From: Octopus vulgaris | Lineage: Eukaryota | NCBI GenBank assembly: GCA_951406725.2 | Contig: OX597825.1 | Coordinates: forward strand, 56,296,001-56,360,000 | Reading direction: 5' to 3' | Length of the DNA: 64,000 nt | Part shown: piece after piece, positions 28,400 to 41,321 of the stretch | Layout of the letters: each line of letters opens with the position of its first letter | How positions within the stretch are numbered: the stretch's first letter is position 1 | Notes under the pieces: generated by a model | Seen by the model: the letters and a program-made list of their open reading frames with translations, nothing else | Database searches by the model: none | What the model was told of the DNA's origin: nothing | Translations under genes and position numbers: made by a program

Positions 28400-28615
28400 A
28401 TATCAAATTTTGGCATAAAGCCGACGAGTCTCAATGGTGAGATAAGTCGATTTCATCTAACCTACTGCTCAGCTAGTACTTACCTTTATTGACTTCAATA
28501 GGATGAAACGGAAAGTTGACATCGACCAAATTTCTGCCCAGAACGTAAAGACAGATTTAATGCCACTAAACATTTTGCCCAGTGTGCTAACAGTTCTGCT
28601 ACTTGGCAGCCTTCT
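28400..28615 (-). mobile_element. SINE family B, diverged
   Basis: aaattttggcataaag...ccagaacgtaaagacagat...gtgctaacagttctgc. Confidence 0.75.
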
Positions 28616-29045
28616 TTACATTAAATAATAAGAGTTAAAAATTGCACAGATTGGGTGGGGGAAGGAATACACGGCAAAAACACGCAAGATTTGGACACAC
28701 TCAACCCTCATCAGCTATCGAGAATTACTCGATTTCGCGCTATTATAATTAATATTGTTCATAATGGTGTTGGGATAAGTAAGTGGACATAAAGGACGGA
28801 AACGAGACCATAAACAAATGATAGACAACGACATAATAAGGACAAGACAATGGAAACCGACAAAGGTAGGTGTTATATAATCATATACACACGTATAAAG
28901 GCCTTTTGGCTGAGACAACATTAAGACGTGCGCAGAAGTAACGCTAACGGATATATAGAGAGAGGCAGAATAGTTGGTGGACTGTTATATAGACGTGTGT
29001 GTATATATATACATATATATATATATTTATATATATATATATATA

Positions 29046-29933
29046 TATAATTTCAACAATTGAGGGTAAAATTAATTAATTAATCAATTTCACCAAGTAT
29101 TCAGTATACAAAGGGACCATTTAAGGCGAATTCAAATTATTACATTATATAAAAGGGCTTAGTAAAATAAATTACTTTGCCGCATACTGAACTCATTAGA
29201 AATAGCAGCTAAAAAAAACTTTTTTAAAACTATCTCCAATTCAACTTTTTAAAACTATCTCCAATTCAACTCAGTATTGGAGATAGTTTTAAAAAAGTTT
29301 TTTTTAGCTGCTATTTCTAATGAGTTCAGTATGCGGCAAAGTAATTTATTTTACTAAGCCCTTTTATATAATGTAATAATTTGAATTCGCCTTAAATGGT
29401 CCCTTTGTATACTGAATACTTGGTGAAATTGATTAATTAATTAATTTTACCCTCAATTGTTGAAATTATAATTCATCTCTCTCTATATAATGCCTCGGAT
29501 TTTACCGAAAAAAGCATAGTGTTTACTGATTTTAACCCACGCTGGTGGAAAGGGGAGAGCAGAAATTCTTCGCTTGCATATTTGAATTTGCTAGCACTGT
29601 TAGTTTTGAGCAGATCTTCAGAGGCGATAACAGGCCGAAAGGGTATGCTCCCACTTTCAGTGTTTTCAAATCCAAACCAGGGAGTTCTGAGCTGATGATA
29701 GAAGTGTCGATTTTGACTAATCTTGAAACGTACGTTCTCAAATAACCTTTGCATTTGATTTTTTAATGTCTCTACCCCCATACTTCCGTGAGTTGAATTC
29801 AGCAAACACTATATGAGAGAGGTTTTCTTTAAGTATTGGAGATAGTTTTAAAAAGTTTTTTTAGCTGCTATTTCTAATGAGTTCAGTATGCGGCAAAGTA
29901 ATTTATTTTACTAAGCCCTTTTATATAATGTAA

Positions 29934-29938
<5 letters not shown>
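29046..29938 (+). mobile_element. Hammerhead-bearing Penelope-derived/retrozyme-like non-autonomous element 1, inserted in (TA)n
   Basis: Inverted arms 29046-29240 and 29276-29470 (195 bp, apparently identical); direct repeat 29273-29381 and 29832-29938 (period 559 bp); hammerhead motif at 29682-29747; TA tracts on both flanks. Confidence 0.75.
29682..29747 (+). ncRNA. Type I hammerhead ribozyme motif (variant)
   Basis: tgag-CTGATGA-t-aga.agt.gtc(gatttt)gac.taa.tct-t-GAAAC-gtac-GTT-ctca. Stem I tgag/ctca, palindromic stem III ACGTACGT, GUU cleavage triplet, and a U-U mismatch at the base of stem II. Confidence 0.65.
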
Positions 29939-29989
<51 letters not shown>

Positions 29990-30759
29990 CATATATAAGT
30001 AGGTAAATGTATATGAATGTAAACAGATAGACATACAGATAGATAGATACATTGGTAGTATGAACAGACAAGCACACATACATACGCAAAAGGAGACTGA
30101 AACACATGACCATATACACACATGCACACTTCACATAACGACACATATGGAGACACACATCCATACTTAACAGAAGCACGTACATACATACATACATACA
30201 CACACAAGCGCACAAACATGTAGAACGCAGCTCAGAGAACGGACAGAGCCAACGACTGTTGAAAATGTTGCAAGATGGAATGAACATTTTAGAAAATATA
30301 ACTAAATGTGTGGAAACTAAATCGGTGTGTTAAATAATATGGCACAAAAAGAGAATGACTCTCCGTAGACACAACAACCTATATGTGTGTGAGTGCGCGC
30401 GTGTGTGTGTGTGTGTGTGTGTGTACATACATACATACATACATACATACATACATACATACATACATACATACATACATACATAAAAATAAGCTTGTCA
30501 TCGATCACATGTCAACTATGAAGAATTCTTGCTTCTCGAAATTATGACCCCTTTTCATATGGAGTTTGTCTCAATTTCCTGTCCGTTATTCTATCACACC
30601 CACGATCCATTATACGCTCTAGGGATAGTTTTAATTTACTAAGAATTTATGCTGTATATTTTTCGATATACCTGTATTTTTTGTGTTGTTTACATACATT
30701 CCACTAGCCATCCTGGATTATTTCCCCTTGGCTTATTTTTATTTCATTTATGCATATTA

Positions 30760-30945
30760 CCGAAGCCAGAAATGTGTCGCACTCTTTTTGAATATGTGTA
30801 TGTCCCTTGAGATAGGGTAGGGCAATCGTCGTTTTGACGATGCCAATTGGGGGCAGAAACACCAGGGACTTTCCTCGTACCTCCAGCGGCCTGTCAACGT
30901 TGAAGAACTCGTGAACCCTGACCCTATCTCCCCTTCTAACACAAT
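30760..30945 (-). mobile_element. Possible Tx1-like LINE C-terminal fragment
   Basis: [42 protein letters not shown] loosely resembles FDLEGQVIFLCQVTMVSEVV of the Tx1 relic at ~2850-2950. Confidence 0.3.
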
Positions 30946-30989
30946 CACACAAACACACATATACATACATAGATATACACACACTCACA

Positions 30990-31368
<379 letters not shown>

Positions 31369-31697
31369 TCATCATTATACAGCATCCACCACAAGAAAAC
31401 TGAGAATAAGGAGTGTAATCAAACATCCACACCGGTATTTATTAAGGGTTTGTCTATGATGTACAAAGGTGTAGCTATGAGAGATAGAAGTGTTTCATAC
31501 TAATCTCATGATCAAAGAAAGATTGAGAAATCAATGCTCAGTAATAGACATATTTTGGCTTGCTTCCTTTTGACCAAAACATGGAAGTTATTATGTTGTT
31601 ACTGTACATGTACCTCGGAATGTAAATACGTAACCTGTGGGGTTTGTTAGTAAAAGCAACAGCAACAGCAATAATAATGATAATAATAATAATAATG

Positions 31698-31730
<33 letters not shown>

Positions 31731-31777
31731 GCTCGGTAGTGAAGTGAAAGCACGCTATAAAAATAAAAATAAAACTA

Positions 31778-31780
<3 letters not shown>

Positions 31781-31848
<68 letters not shown>

Positions 31849-32061
31849 TAATAATAATAATAATAATAATAATTATAATAATAATAATAATAATAATGAT
31901 AATAACAATAAGAAGAAGAAGAAGGAGGAGGAGGAGGAGGAGGAGGAAGAGAAGAAGAAGAAGAAGAAGAAGAAGAAGAAGAAGAAGAAGAAGAAGAAGA
32001 AGAAGAAGAAGAAGAAGAAGAAGAAGAAGAAGAAGAAGAAGAAGAAGAAGAAGAAGAAGAA
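31781..32061. repeat. (AAT)(AAG)(AGG)(AAG) compound microsatellite
   Basis: Directly visible. Confidence 0.98.
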
Positions 32062-32084
32062 GCCTTATAATAGGAATTTTTTAA

Positions 32085-32270
32085 TATAAGCACAAGGTGT
32101 GAAATTTGGGGCAGGGTGTTAATCGATTACAACGACCGCCTCGTTCTAATTTTATGTACCCCGAAGGGATGGAAAGCAAATTGACCGCAGCGGAATTTGA
32201 ACTCAGAACGTAAAGAGGGACAAACTATCAACAAGCATTTTGTCTGGCATGCTAACGATTCTGCCAGCGG
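32085..32270 (-). mobile_element. SINE family B
   Basis: gcacaagg..gaaattt...cggaatttgaactcagaacgtaaag...gctaacgattctgccagc. Confidence 0.8.
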
Positions 32271-32325
32271 AATAATATTAAGAAAAACAACAATAACAAA
32301 AAACAACAATAATTATTATAATAAT

Positions 32326-32377
<52 letters not shown>

Positions 32378-32380
<3 letters not shown>

Positions 32381-33039
32381 GCCCTAATGCAGTATTAGGC
32401 GCTGGCTCTCATGGCTTCTTAACTGATTGGAAGTGTTATCATGTACATTGTTTTGTCTTGGTATAAAAGATGGGCTACAGCAAATATTCTGTTCAATGCC
32501 ACAGAGTTGCTTGTCAGTTGCTTGACCTTAACCAGTTGACCATGTCTCTTGGTGGCTGACGATATGTGCATCTCTGATCATGAGCAGAAGTAGTTGGGGA
32601 GCATCATAGCCGTGTGTTGAAAGGAAGTCTTGGACGTTTGGATAATTCACCATTGGAAACATGGGTGGTTCATTCATTGCATGCCATCAAAGTAACAATG
32701 GGGTAAAATATACGAAGCCCAGTATACCTATCATGATTAACCGTGTGATAAGGGTACACCACGCGCATCCATCACAACCATATGTGCGCGAAATGGTGAT
32801 TTCGTATCAAGATAATCAGCACATGACCTTGCAGGTGGGGCCTGAAGAAAATTCTATCTGGACCCCACCTGCAAGTTCATGTGCTGTTTATCTTGATACG
32901 AAATCACCATTTCGCGCGCACATGGTTGTGATGGATGCGCGTGGTGTACCCTTATCAGACGGTTAGTCATGATGAGTATACTGGGCTTCGTATATTTTAC
33001 CCCATTGTTACTTTGATGGCATGCAATGCTCTCTCAGTC

Positions 33040-33040
<1 letters not shown>
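32378..33040 (+). mobile_element. Interspersed element in (AAT)n containing a ~166-bp-arm foldback
   Basis: (AAT)n on both sides; inverted arms 32675-32840 and 32863-33028 around a 22-nt loop; ends ctctctcagtc(aat)n. Confidence 0.65.
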
Positions 33041-33112
<72 letters not shown>

Positions 33113-33531
33113 TATTAGTAGCGAATAAGAAGGCAAAGAGCAAAAACTAGATCTATGTTCGCAGTTTTCATAATTCTCCACAAAATCCCTCAAAGATAAC
33201 CCTATTTGATACAACGCACGGTCTATACAAGACACTTTTCAATTCTCTATACTAGAATTTCCAAACAATCAACTTGTAGATATAATAACTCAGCTTAGAA
33301 ATAAGCAGTATAGACTCTACATAACCACCTTCCAAATACTTTAAACAGTTTTTTCTTCTTAATAAACAAAAGGCAACACCGAAAATACCGAAAGAAATAG
33401 CGACAGCCATAACACAGCAAATTAGATTGGGGAAAAACACGTTCACAAGTACACCAAAAAGACCGTAGTGCACACACCTCAGGAACAACAAAGAGGTGCA
33501 TTGGAACATTACTGAAAGCATATTAATAATG

Positions 33532-33597
<66 letters not shown>

Positions 33598-33873
33598 TAA
33601 ATACTATTATGATTATTATTATTGTTGTTGTTGTTGTTGTTATCATTGGTATTTTAACTGTCACGAGAAAGCGAATAATATAACGAAACAAGACATTTGA
33701 AAGTAATACAAAATAATAGTTACTGTACAGAATTGACAGGTAAAACGAAATTGCCAAAACGTGTGTGTGCATACACACAAACACGCATATATATTATGGT
33801 AGGATACGTGGGTTTATACATAACTGGTGACAAGAAAACTGAGAAATTGCAGGAAGAACGCGTGATACACAAG

Positions 33874-33958
<85 letters not shown>

Positions 33959-34242
33959 GTATATGTATATATGTATTTATGGGTGTGTGTGCGTGTGTGT
34001 ATATATATATATGTATATATACATATATATATACATACACACATATATATATATACATATACATGTATATATATATATTATATGTATATATATACATATA
34101 TTATATATATATATATATATATACATACATATATATACACATACATATATATATACATTTATATATGTATATATGTATAAATATATAGATGCATGTATAT
34201 GTACATAAGGTTACATATACATGTGTGTGTGTATGTGTGTGT

Positions 34243-34279
<37 letters not shown>

Positions 34280-34414
34280 AGAGAGAGAGAAAGGTAGAGT
34301 GCAAGCTATAGAGACTGGAGTTTGATATACACAAACTTTTAACTCACAAACATAAACTTTGCTGTTCTTGTTTTTGCTGCTGCTGCTAATATGTTTGCTA
34401 TTCTTATTACTTAC

Positions 34415-34511
34415 GTTGCAGCTTTAATTCATGTTATGGTCATGTTTTAGGGATCAAGGATTTTCCACCCCTCTTGCTTGAGTACAAAATGGTCTCCGGT
34501 TATTGCTGCTC
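34415..34511 (-). other. Candidate non-coding internal exon (97 nt)
   Basis: Minus-strand acceptor ttgttttatctgtag|G and donor AAC|gtaagt. All frames contain stops; it lies in non-repetitive sequence. Confidence 0.45.
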
Positions 34512-34864
34512 CTACAGATAAAACAACTATCTCCTGTGCCCTTTAGAGCAAAACTTATTATATCAGCACCATCCAAATGAAAGACTCCAATAAAATATGA
34601 CCTATCCTTTTAGGATCAACAGCTTTGGCACCTTAATTCTTAGCTCTAAGTCTTTCTTTTATTTATTTTTGTGGATGAAAGTTGATAACTGATCCATATT
34701 TCTGAGATTATTGTAAAATAGTTTGTATTAATTTTTGGAGGCACATTTGTAGAAGACACCTAAGTTTCTTCATGCCCCAAAGTGGATGGTAATAACAAAT
34801 ATTCATCGGGAAAAAAAATGCATGGCTATCTTCGTTTATCATTGGTTTTGCACTCAGCACTCAC

Positions 34865-35050
34865 CCGTATATCACTAAAACGTTTACATGGAACAATGGA
34901 TCGAAATCACAGCCAGTATCCGGAATATCAACTTTGTGTTATACTCCCCATATACCGAAACCTAAAATTATATACGGTTGTTTCACGAAACATCTCTGCC
35001 TAGCGCCACGCTCTGCTCTCGCTATCAGGGTTCAACTGTTGTTGCTGTAA
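34865..35050 (-). other. Candidate first (5' UTR/lncRNA) exon; upstream boundary unknown
   Basis: Consensus donor CGG|gtgagt at 34865/34864 within a unique, GC-richer island, followed by a 353-nt putative intron to the exon at 34511. Confidence 0.35.
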
Positions 35051-35863
35051 TATTCACTCCTTTCAGTAGCCAAAACTTTAGTTCACTCATGTGCCAGGCC
35101 CTCGCTTAAGTGGTCTTTTCATGGCAGAGAGAGAGAGAGAGAAAGAGAAAGAGAGAGCAGAGAGTTCTCTTCCTTCACGAAACCATGATAGAACTGCTTC
35201 CTTTATGCGTGCTCCTGAATAAATGGTTGTTATAGGGACACTGAGCCCTTTTTAAAACAATTCTCCTCCCAACTTCATTTGCAATTCTGTTCTATCCATA
35301 TTCCAAATTTTGATGTAGGACACGATTTTGTTAAAGCTACCTCTGTTTTTGCATTTCTTGCTCGGCGACCTTCCTGATGTGTGCGTTAATGTGATGTCGT
35401 CATGGTTGTTATTCTTGCTGCTACTGCTGCTACTACTGCTGTTGCTGCCTCTGCTGTTGTAATTGTTGTTGCTGCTACTACCAAGTGTGTTACCACAACC
35501 ATTAAATAAGCTTCTAATCTTTTTTGGAAAATAATTCTTCCCCAAACAAAATCACATACCTTCCGCTTGCAAGACTCGTTCATGTTTTTCTGTTTTGCTT
35601 TCACAGAAGTTTTCTTTCTTTCCGATGAGTGTTGCTTAGACGAGTTTATGATTTTCCCAGTCAAGTCGAACAAAATGTTCTAAATCTTAAATATTATTTT
35701 TATTTGCAAAAGCCGAATGAAAATCACTTGCTATCTTAAATAGGTTTACGCGACATAAACCCCCGGTTCCTAAAAAATTCTTTAGAAATCATAGTAATTC
35801 AAAAGGAAAAAAATAAACTATTCTTTCAAGCTAAAGTACAACTAATAATAATAAATTGTTGTT

Positions 35864-36029
<166 letters not shown>

Positions 36030-36513
36030 ATATCATCATAAGACCCTGCGATAACGAAAAAGCTAGGCTTCCGTTCGGTGGTCTATAACCATGTCTCAGG
36101 AGCATAAAGATGTCTTGGATGGCAGTTTTTCTAGAAAAGGGTTTTCGATAAAAAACACTGGTAGTTGTGCAAGTTGAAAAAAGACTAACGTCTTGTGAAT
36201 GAATTTGAATATAACAATGATTCAAATAACAGCGTAAATGTGGCTGGAATCCAGATTGAAAGTCTCCCGCACAACAATTGTTTCATAGAGGTGGAGCGTG
36301 AGCTCAGTTGCCATTCGAGAACTGCTCGAAATGAAGAATGCAAGACAGCAATGATAAAATACTATTATGAAAGACTACAGGGAAACAAGGATACCATAGC
36401 AAATGCTATGAGGGAGCAGCAACACTCTTGATATAACTGAGCCGAAGCTATGGGATCGAATTGAGCAAATTAAGAACAAAGAATGTTACGCAAAACTACA
36501 GTTACAGGAAATG

Positions 36514-36628
36514 GAGGCCGTGTGACCTAGTGGTTAGGATGTTGCACTCACAATTGCAAAATCATCGGTTCGATTACCGGACCGGGCAGTGTGTTGTGTT
36601 ACTGAGCAAGACATATCATCTCGTGTTA
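36514..36628 (+). mobile_element. tRNA-derived SINE family C-like head, interrupted by SINE B
   Basis: gaggccgtgtgacctagtggttagg...ggttcgattacc...gttgtgttactgagcaagaca; the sequence resumes after 36861. Confidence 0.7.
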
Positions 36629-36860
36629 CTTATTTCTTTATTGCCCACAAGGGGCTAAACATAGAGGAGACAAACAAGGACAGACAAAGCGATTAAGTCG
36701 ATGACATCGACCTCAGTGAGCGCGTAACTGGTACTTAATTTATCGACCCCGAAAGGATGAAAGGCAAAGTCGACCTCGGCGGAATTTAAACTCAACGTAA
36801 AAACAGACAAAAGACTGCTAAGCATTTCGCCCAGCGTGCTAACGTTTCTGCCAGCTCACC
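36629..36860 (-). mobile_element. SINE family B with a 13-bp TSD
   Basis: Full copy flanked by tcatctcgtgtta (36616-36628) and tcatctcgcgtta (36861-36873). Confidence 0.92.
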
Positions 36861-38290
36861 TCATCTCGCGTTATTTTGTGATCACTTCGACACCTGACGT
36901 TTGGCGCCTGTATTGGTAATGTCGGTTTGATGGAAGGAGTAAGCTTACGTGCAGCATAAACATAAATGTAACCACCCTAAACAAATCAGGTGTGCAGGTT
37001 GTTCAGCAAGAATGTCTAGAACCGTCTTTCTCGGATTCGAGAGACAGCCTCATAGAGGAAATTAAGAGGGAAATCCAGCAAGGCAAATAGCATGACCTAA
37101 TAGAGGAAAGACAATTACAGGATGATGTTGAAGTCGTTAAGCTAACTGAGGTGGAAGATAACGATGTTGAGACTAATGTAAGCATAAACATAGCCTCGAA
37201 AGGACAGAGAGAATTAGCTGAGGAATCCAACAATATACTACGATAAATAAAGGAAATTGGGGAAAAGCAGTCCTCTACGTAGTTTAGACTGGAAAAGAAC
37301 TAAAGTAATAACGGAGAAAGTAGACGGTGTAATATTGCAAATAAGCACAATAAACGTAACGCAGACCAACAATCTGATTAAAATAGAGGCAACTGTGATG
37401 TGGAAATGTTAGGTACAAAGAAAAGCAGAAAAGGTAAAAGGGACAGCGATCCATTTTGGAAGCAAAGAATACATGGAAAATAGACCAACTGCGACAAAAT
37501 ATAGGATTAGCAGAGAAATGGTAAAAACAGAAACTAAAAGAAAAAAAATAGTCAGAAAAACTGCCTGCAACGTCTGTATAATATCAAACGAAAAGGCTTC
37601 AAGAGAGTTATCGAGGAAATAAAATAAAACACAAAAGCAAAATCCGCCACAGCAAAACGTTACATACAACAAAATAGTACAAAGAAATCAGGTTGTTCAA
37701 ATGCAATGAATCCACATTTTTCAAAGAATTGAACGACATGCAGGTGACACAAATCATCGGTGAGAAAGAGAAAACGGGAAAACCATGGGGGGATATTTGA
37801 GAAAGAAAACGTGCTCAAGCTCACATTGAGGAAGCAGAATGGATAAAAGAAGTTGTAGCAAAAACGCAAACTGAAAAAGCAACGAAATGTTTAATTCAAA
37901 AAGCAATGTTAAAAAATAAAAATAAGATAGAAATGATTGCCAATTGGAAATCTCCTGGCCCAGATGGGGTTCAAATATTTTGTATGGAAATGTTTGAGGA
38001 TTAATGAATGAAAATTAGAGTGTTTCTAAATATATCACTTCCAGTGTTAAATATATTTTGGTGACAGATATTATATGGATAATGAGGTCGGCAACTACAG
38101 GGAGACACACGTCTCTCTCTCTCTTTTTCTTTCTCTCTCTCTCCCCCCTTTCCCTCTCTCTAATATGAACACTTTTGGCTGGAATTATTGCAGAAGAAAT
38201 ATACAATCATCTTGAAAGACAGAATAATTTACCTGATTAAAAAGGGTGTAGAAGAGAAACAAAAACTACAAAAGATGAACTAGTCATCAT

Positions 38291-38640
38291 AGGCGCAGGA
38301 GTGACTGTTTGGTAAGTAGCTTGCTTACCAACCACATGGTTCCGGGTTCAGTCTCACTGTGTGGCACCTTGGGCAAGTATCTTCTACTATAGCCTGGGGC
38401 CGACCAAAGCCTTGTGAGTGTTTTTGGTAGACGGAAACTGAAAGAAGCCCGTCGTATATATATATATATATATATGAGTGTGTGTGTGTGTATTTGTGTG
38501 TCTGTTTTTGCCCCCCCCCCCCGGCAAAAGACACTGATAGAATAAGTACTAGGCTTCCAAAGAATGTCCTGGGATCGATATGCTCGACTAAAGCCGGTAC
38601 TCCAGCATGGCCACAGTGAAATAACTGAAACAAGTAAAAG
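38291..38640 (+). mobile_element. SINE family A with a 7-bp TSD, inserted in the LINE RT
   Basis: aggcgcaggagtgactgtttggtaag... flanked by tagtcat at 38281-38287 and 38643-38649. Confidence 0.92.
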
Positions 38641-39459
38641 AGTAGTCATTGACAAATCTGTAATATGAGACAGAAAGCGGCTAAGTATGGTGTGGATAGA
38701 TTATCGTAATGCTTTTGATATGATTCTTCAAAACAAAACAGCACTCTAAGCATGTTTGAAATAGCAGATAATATTCTGAACGTACTCTCAGAGAGTATGT
38801 AACACTGGAAAACAGAATGAAAAGCTTAGAGAAGTTAAAATAAAGGAGGACTTCTTCATGATGACTATCATTCTGTGCTACTGTTCATAATTTTTTATCC
38901 AATTTGTGTTGAGAGCTTGATCATGCAAATATCACCGTTGGGTGTAGATTGCTCTCAGGGAGAAATTATGCTTGTTCAACACTTTCACACCAAGGAAACT
39001 CACCACTACTACTAATTGTTCAGTGTAAATATGAATAAAAAAAAAAGAGAAAGAAAACTCTTAAGCGATACAAGAAAGGAAGGTAGAAAATTTAATGGAT
39101 GAACCATAATTGAGATTTAACTTTGGCGATATTCTTCCACGGATCTCATGCAACAGAACACAGAAAAATATTAGTTTAAATAGCAGAAAAGAGAGAAATA
39201 AATTGTGCGATCAAATTGTCCATGGTAGTCCCCAACCGGAATTTCTTCTGGAACACACTAGCCAGAGTCTCTCCAAGAATGTCGTCGTACTTAGCCACTA
39301 GTCCAGACTACTACGATCCAGAAAATCCCAGCAAAGTAGTTATCACAGAATAATTCATTGAACAGGTTTAACTAGACAAAACGAGTGATAAAACTTTTAA
39401 AACTTTCGGAGCTCTAAATTTGCGTGACTTTATAATATGGCAACAACAACAACCCTCGT

Positions 39460-39670
39460 TTCTACTAAAGACACAATTCCTGAAATTTTAGGGGAGGAGC
39501 AAGTCGATTACATCGATCTCTAGTGCGTTACTGGTACTTATTTCATCGACCCTGAAAGGATGAAAAGCAAAGCCAACTTCGGCGGAATTTGAACTCAGAC
39601 AGTAAAGACGGACAAAATGCCGCGAAGCATCTTGCCCGCCATGCTAATGATTCTGCCGGCTCGCCACCTT
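39460..39670 (-). mobile_element. SINE family B
   Basis: agtcgattacatcga...ctggtacttatttcatcgaccctgaaaggatgaaa...ggaatttgaactcag...gctcgccacct. Confidence 0.88.
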
Positions 39671-39683
39671 AGTAATACTAATA

Positions 39684-39714
<31 letters not shown>

Positions 39715-39717
<3 letters not shown>

Positions 39718-40240
39718 CTTTACTTGCCACAGGTTCATCAGATAAAGGATCTGTATTATAAGTACAGTTTGCGTTTTGTGTGAGGGTTTACATAAACGAT
39801 GACGAGAAAGAAAGAAAAAGGAGACGGAAATGAGATAAAAGTATACATCGTGTACTTGAATGATACAGAAGAGCCTTCAACTAGGGTCATTAAAGGAACC
39901 CTACAGATCCAAGACCATCAAAGGTGCAAACCCTCAACTAACTGTTGCTCTATCATCTATAGGTCTATTCACTCTGACCATTTATTGTCACAGTCGCCCA
40001 TCTTTTGACAAATTAACTGCCTGAGAGCGCTTCCTTTTTTCCAACCCATTTTTCTTTCCAAGTGGTATCTTAAAAGGTCAATAAGGGCTTTATAGATGTC
40101 TATCCTCATTCCTTCCAAATTCATCACATAACTTCTCTTGCTATAGCCGCTAGACAAGGAAACACTGCCTGCACTGCTTTTTAGATGTGGGTATTGAGTC
40201 AATTCTTGCGATGAGTTGAATTCGTCCTACACGGACCATC
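39715..40240 (-). mobile_element. Tx1/L1-like LINE 3' fragment
   Basis: DIYKALIDLLRYHLERKMG parallels INFYRFHLKRKVR of the 2.5-4.5 kb element. It ends cctgtggcaagtaaagaaat(cat)n. Confidence 0.6.
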
Positions 40241-40275
40241 ATCTATTCGTCAACATACGTCCATAGTTATAATAA

Positions 40276-40341
<66 letters not shown>

Positions 40342-40348
40342 AAAGTGA

Positions 40349-40670
40349 GGGCGCGTGGCTTAGTGGTTAGGGCATTCGGCTCATGATCGTAAGGTTGTGA
40401 GTTCGATTCCCGGCGACGCGTTGTGTCCTTGAGCAAGACACTTTATTTCACGTTGCTCCAGTCCACTCAGCTGGCAAAATGAGTTGTACTTGTATTTCAA
40501 AGGGTCAGCCTTGTCACTCTCTGTGTCACGCTGATTATCCCCGAGAACTACGTTAAGGGTACGCGTGTCTGTGGAATGCTCAGCCATTTGCACGTTAATT
40601 TCACGAGCAAGCTGTTCCGTTGATCGTATCAGCTGGGACCCTCGTCGTCGTAACCGGCGGAGTCTTTTTT
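40349..40670 (+). mobile_element. tRNA-derived SINE family C, full length, in (AGT)n
   Basis: gggcgcgtggcttagtggttaggg (A box), gagttcgattcc (B box), CORE-like tgtgtccttgagcaagacacttta; flanked by AGT tracts. Confidence 0.88.
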
Positions 40671-40672
40671 AA

Positions 40673-40695
40673 AGTAGTAGTAGTAGTAGTAGTAC

Positions 40696-40728
<33 letters not shown>

Positions 40729-40756
40729 CGGCAGCAGCAGCAGCAGCAGTAGTAGT

Positions 40757-40806
<50 letters not shown>

Positions 40807-40827
40807 CAGTAGTAGCAGTAGTAGTAA

Positions 40828-40880
<53 letters not shown>
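40673..40880. repeat. (AGT)/(AGC) microsatellite
   Basis: Directly visible. Confidence 0.98.
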
Positions 40881-40884
40881 AAAT

Positions 40885-41162
40885 TGCTTTCCAATTTTGG
40901 TACAAGGATAACAAGTTTGATGGGAGGGATAAGGCGATTACACTAATCCCAATGCTTAACTGGTACTAATTTTATCGAACCCGAAAGGATGAAAGGTAAA
41001 GTTCGACACCGGTGGAATTCCATCTCAGAACTGGTACTTATTTTATCGACCTTGAAACGATGAAAAGCAAAGTCGACGGCGACAGAATTGGAACTCAGAA
41101 CGTAAGGACAGACGAAATACTGCTAAGTGTTCTGTCTGGCGTGCTAACGATTCAGCCAGTTC
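40885..41162 (-). mobile_element. SINE family B with an internal duplication
   Basis: The block ctggtact.att..tatcga...ctcagaa occurs twice (~40960-41030 and ~41031-41100). Confidence 0.8.
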
Positions 41163-41249
41163 AATAATGACAATTTCAATTTGCAAATATCAAACCTCAG
41201 ATTTACTTCATTGCTTATGGTACCGCCTCAGCTCTTATATTTTCCACAG

Positions 41250-41321
41250 GGGCATTATATGTGGAAGACATTACAAGAACAGTTTACTGTTTGTGGTGGG
41301 ATTTCAAATTAAAAATTGCCG
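41250..41321 (+). other. Candidate 72-nt exon (phase 1-1 frame open)
   Basis: Acceptor ctcttatattttccacag| and donor CCG|gtaaga. One open frame, ALYVEDITRTVYCLWWDFKLKIA, which I do not recognise. Confidence 0.28.

Larger units (their letters stand above)
36040..38950 (+). mobile_element. Decayed R4/Dong-like LINE 5' half (N-terminal region to early RT) with nested SINEs
   Basis: EECKTAMIKYYY (N-terminal-like), NWKSPGPDGVQ (~37942), LAGIIAEEIYNHLERQNNLPD..KGCRRETKTTKDELV|IDKSV..MVWIDYRNAFDMI. Confidence 0.8.

Noticed and set aside
29473-29805. 110-aa ORF inside hammerhead element 1
   Set aside because: It is antisense to the ribozyme, has no recognisable RT or GIY-YIG motif, and has no counterpart in element 2.
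34905-34925. miR-2-like seed (atcacagccag); also miR-67-like tcacaacctg at ~53025 and let-7-like tgaggtag at ~26130
   Set aside because: The 3' halves do not match the mature miRNAs as I recall them and no precursor hairpin is evident; the let-7-like hit lies in a LINE relic.
40349-40422. tRNA-Met-like sequence (CAT in an anticodon-like loop)
   Set aside because: The T stem and acceptor stem pair poorly, and it runs straight into a SINE body; it is a SINE head. The same applies at 17474 and 36514.
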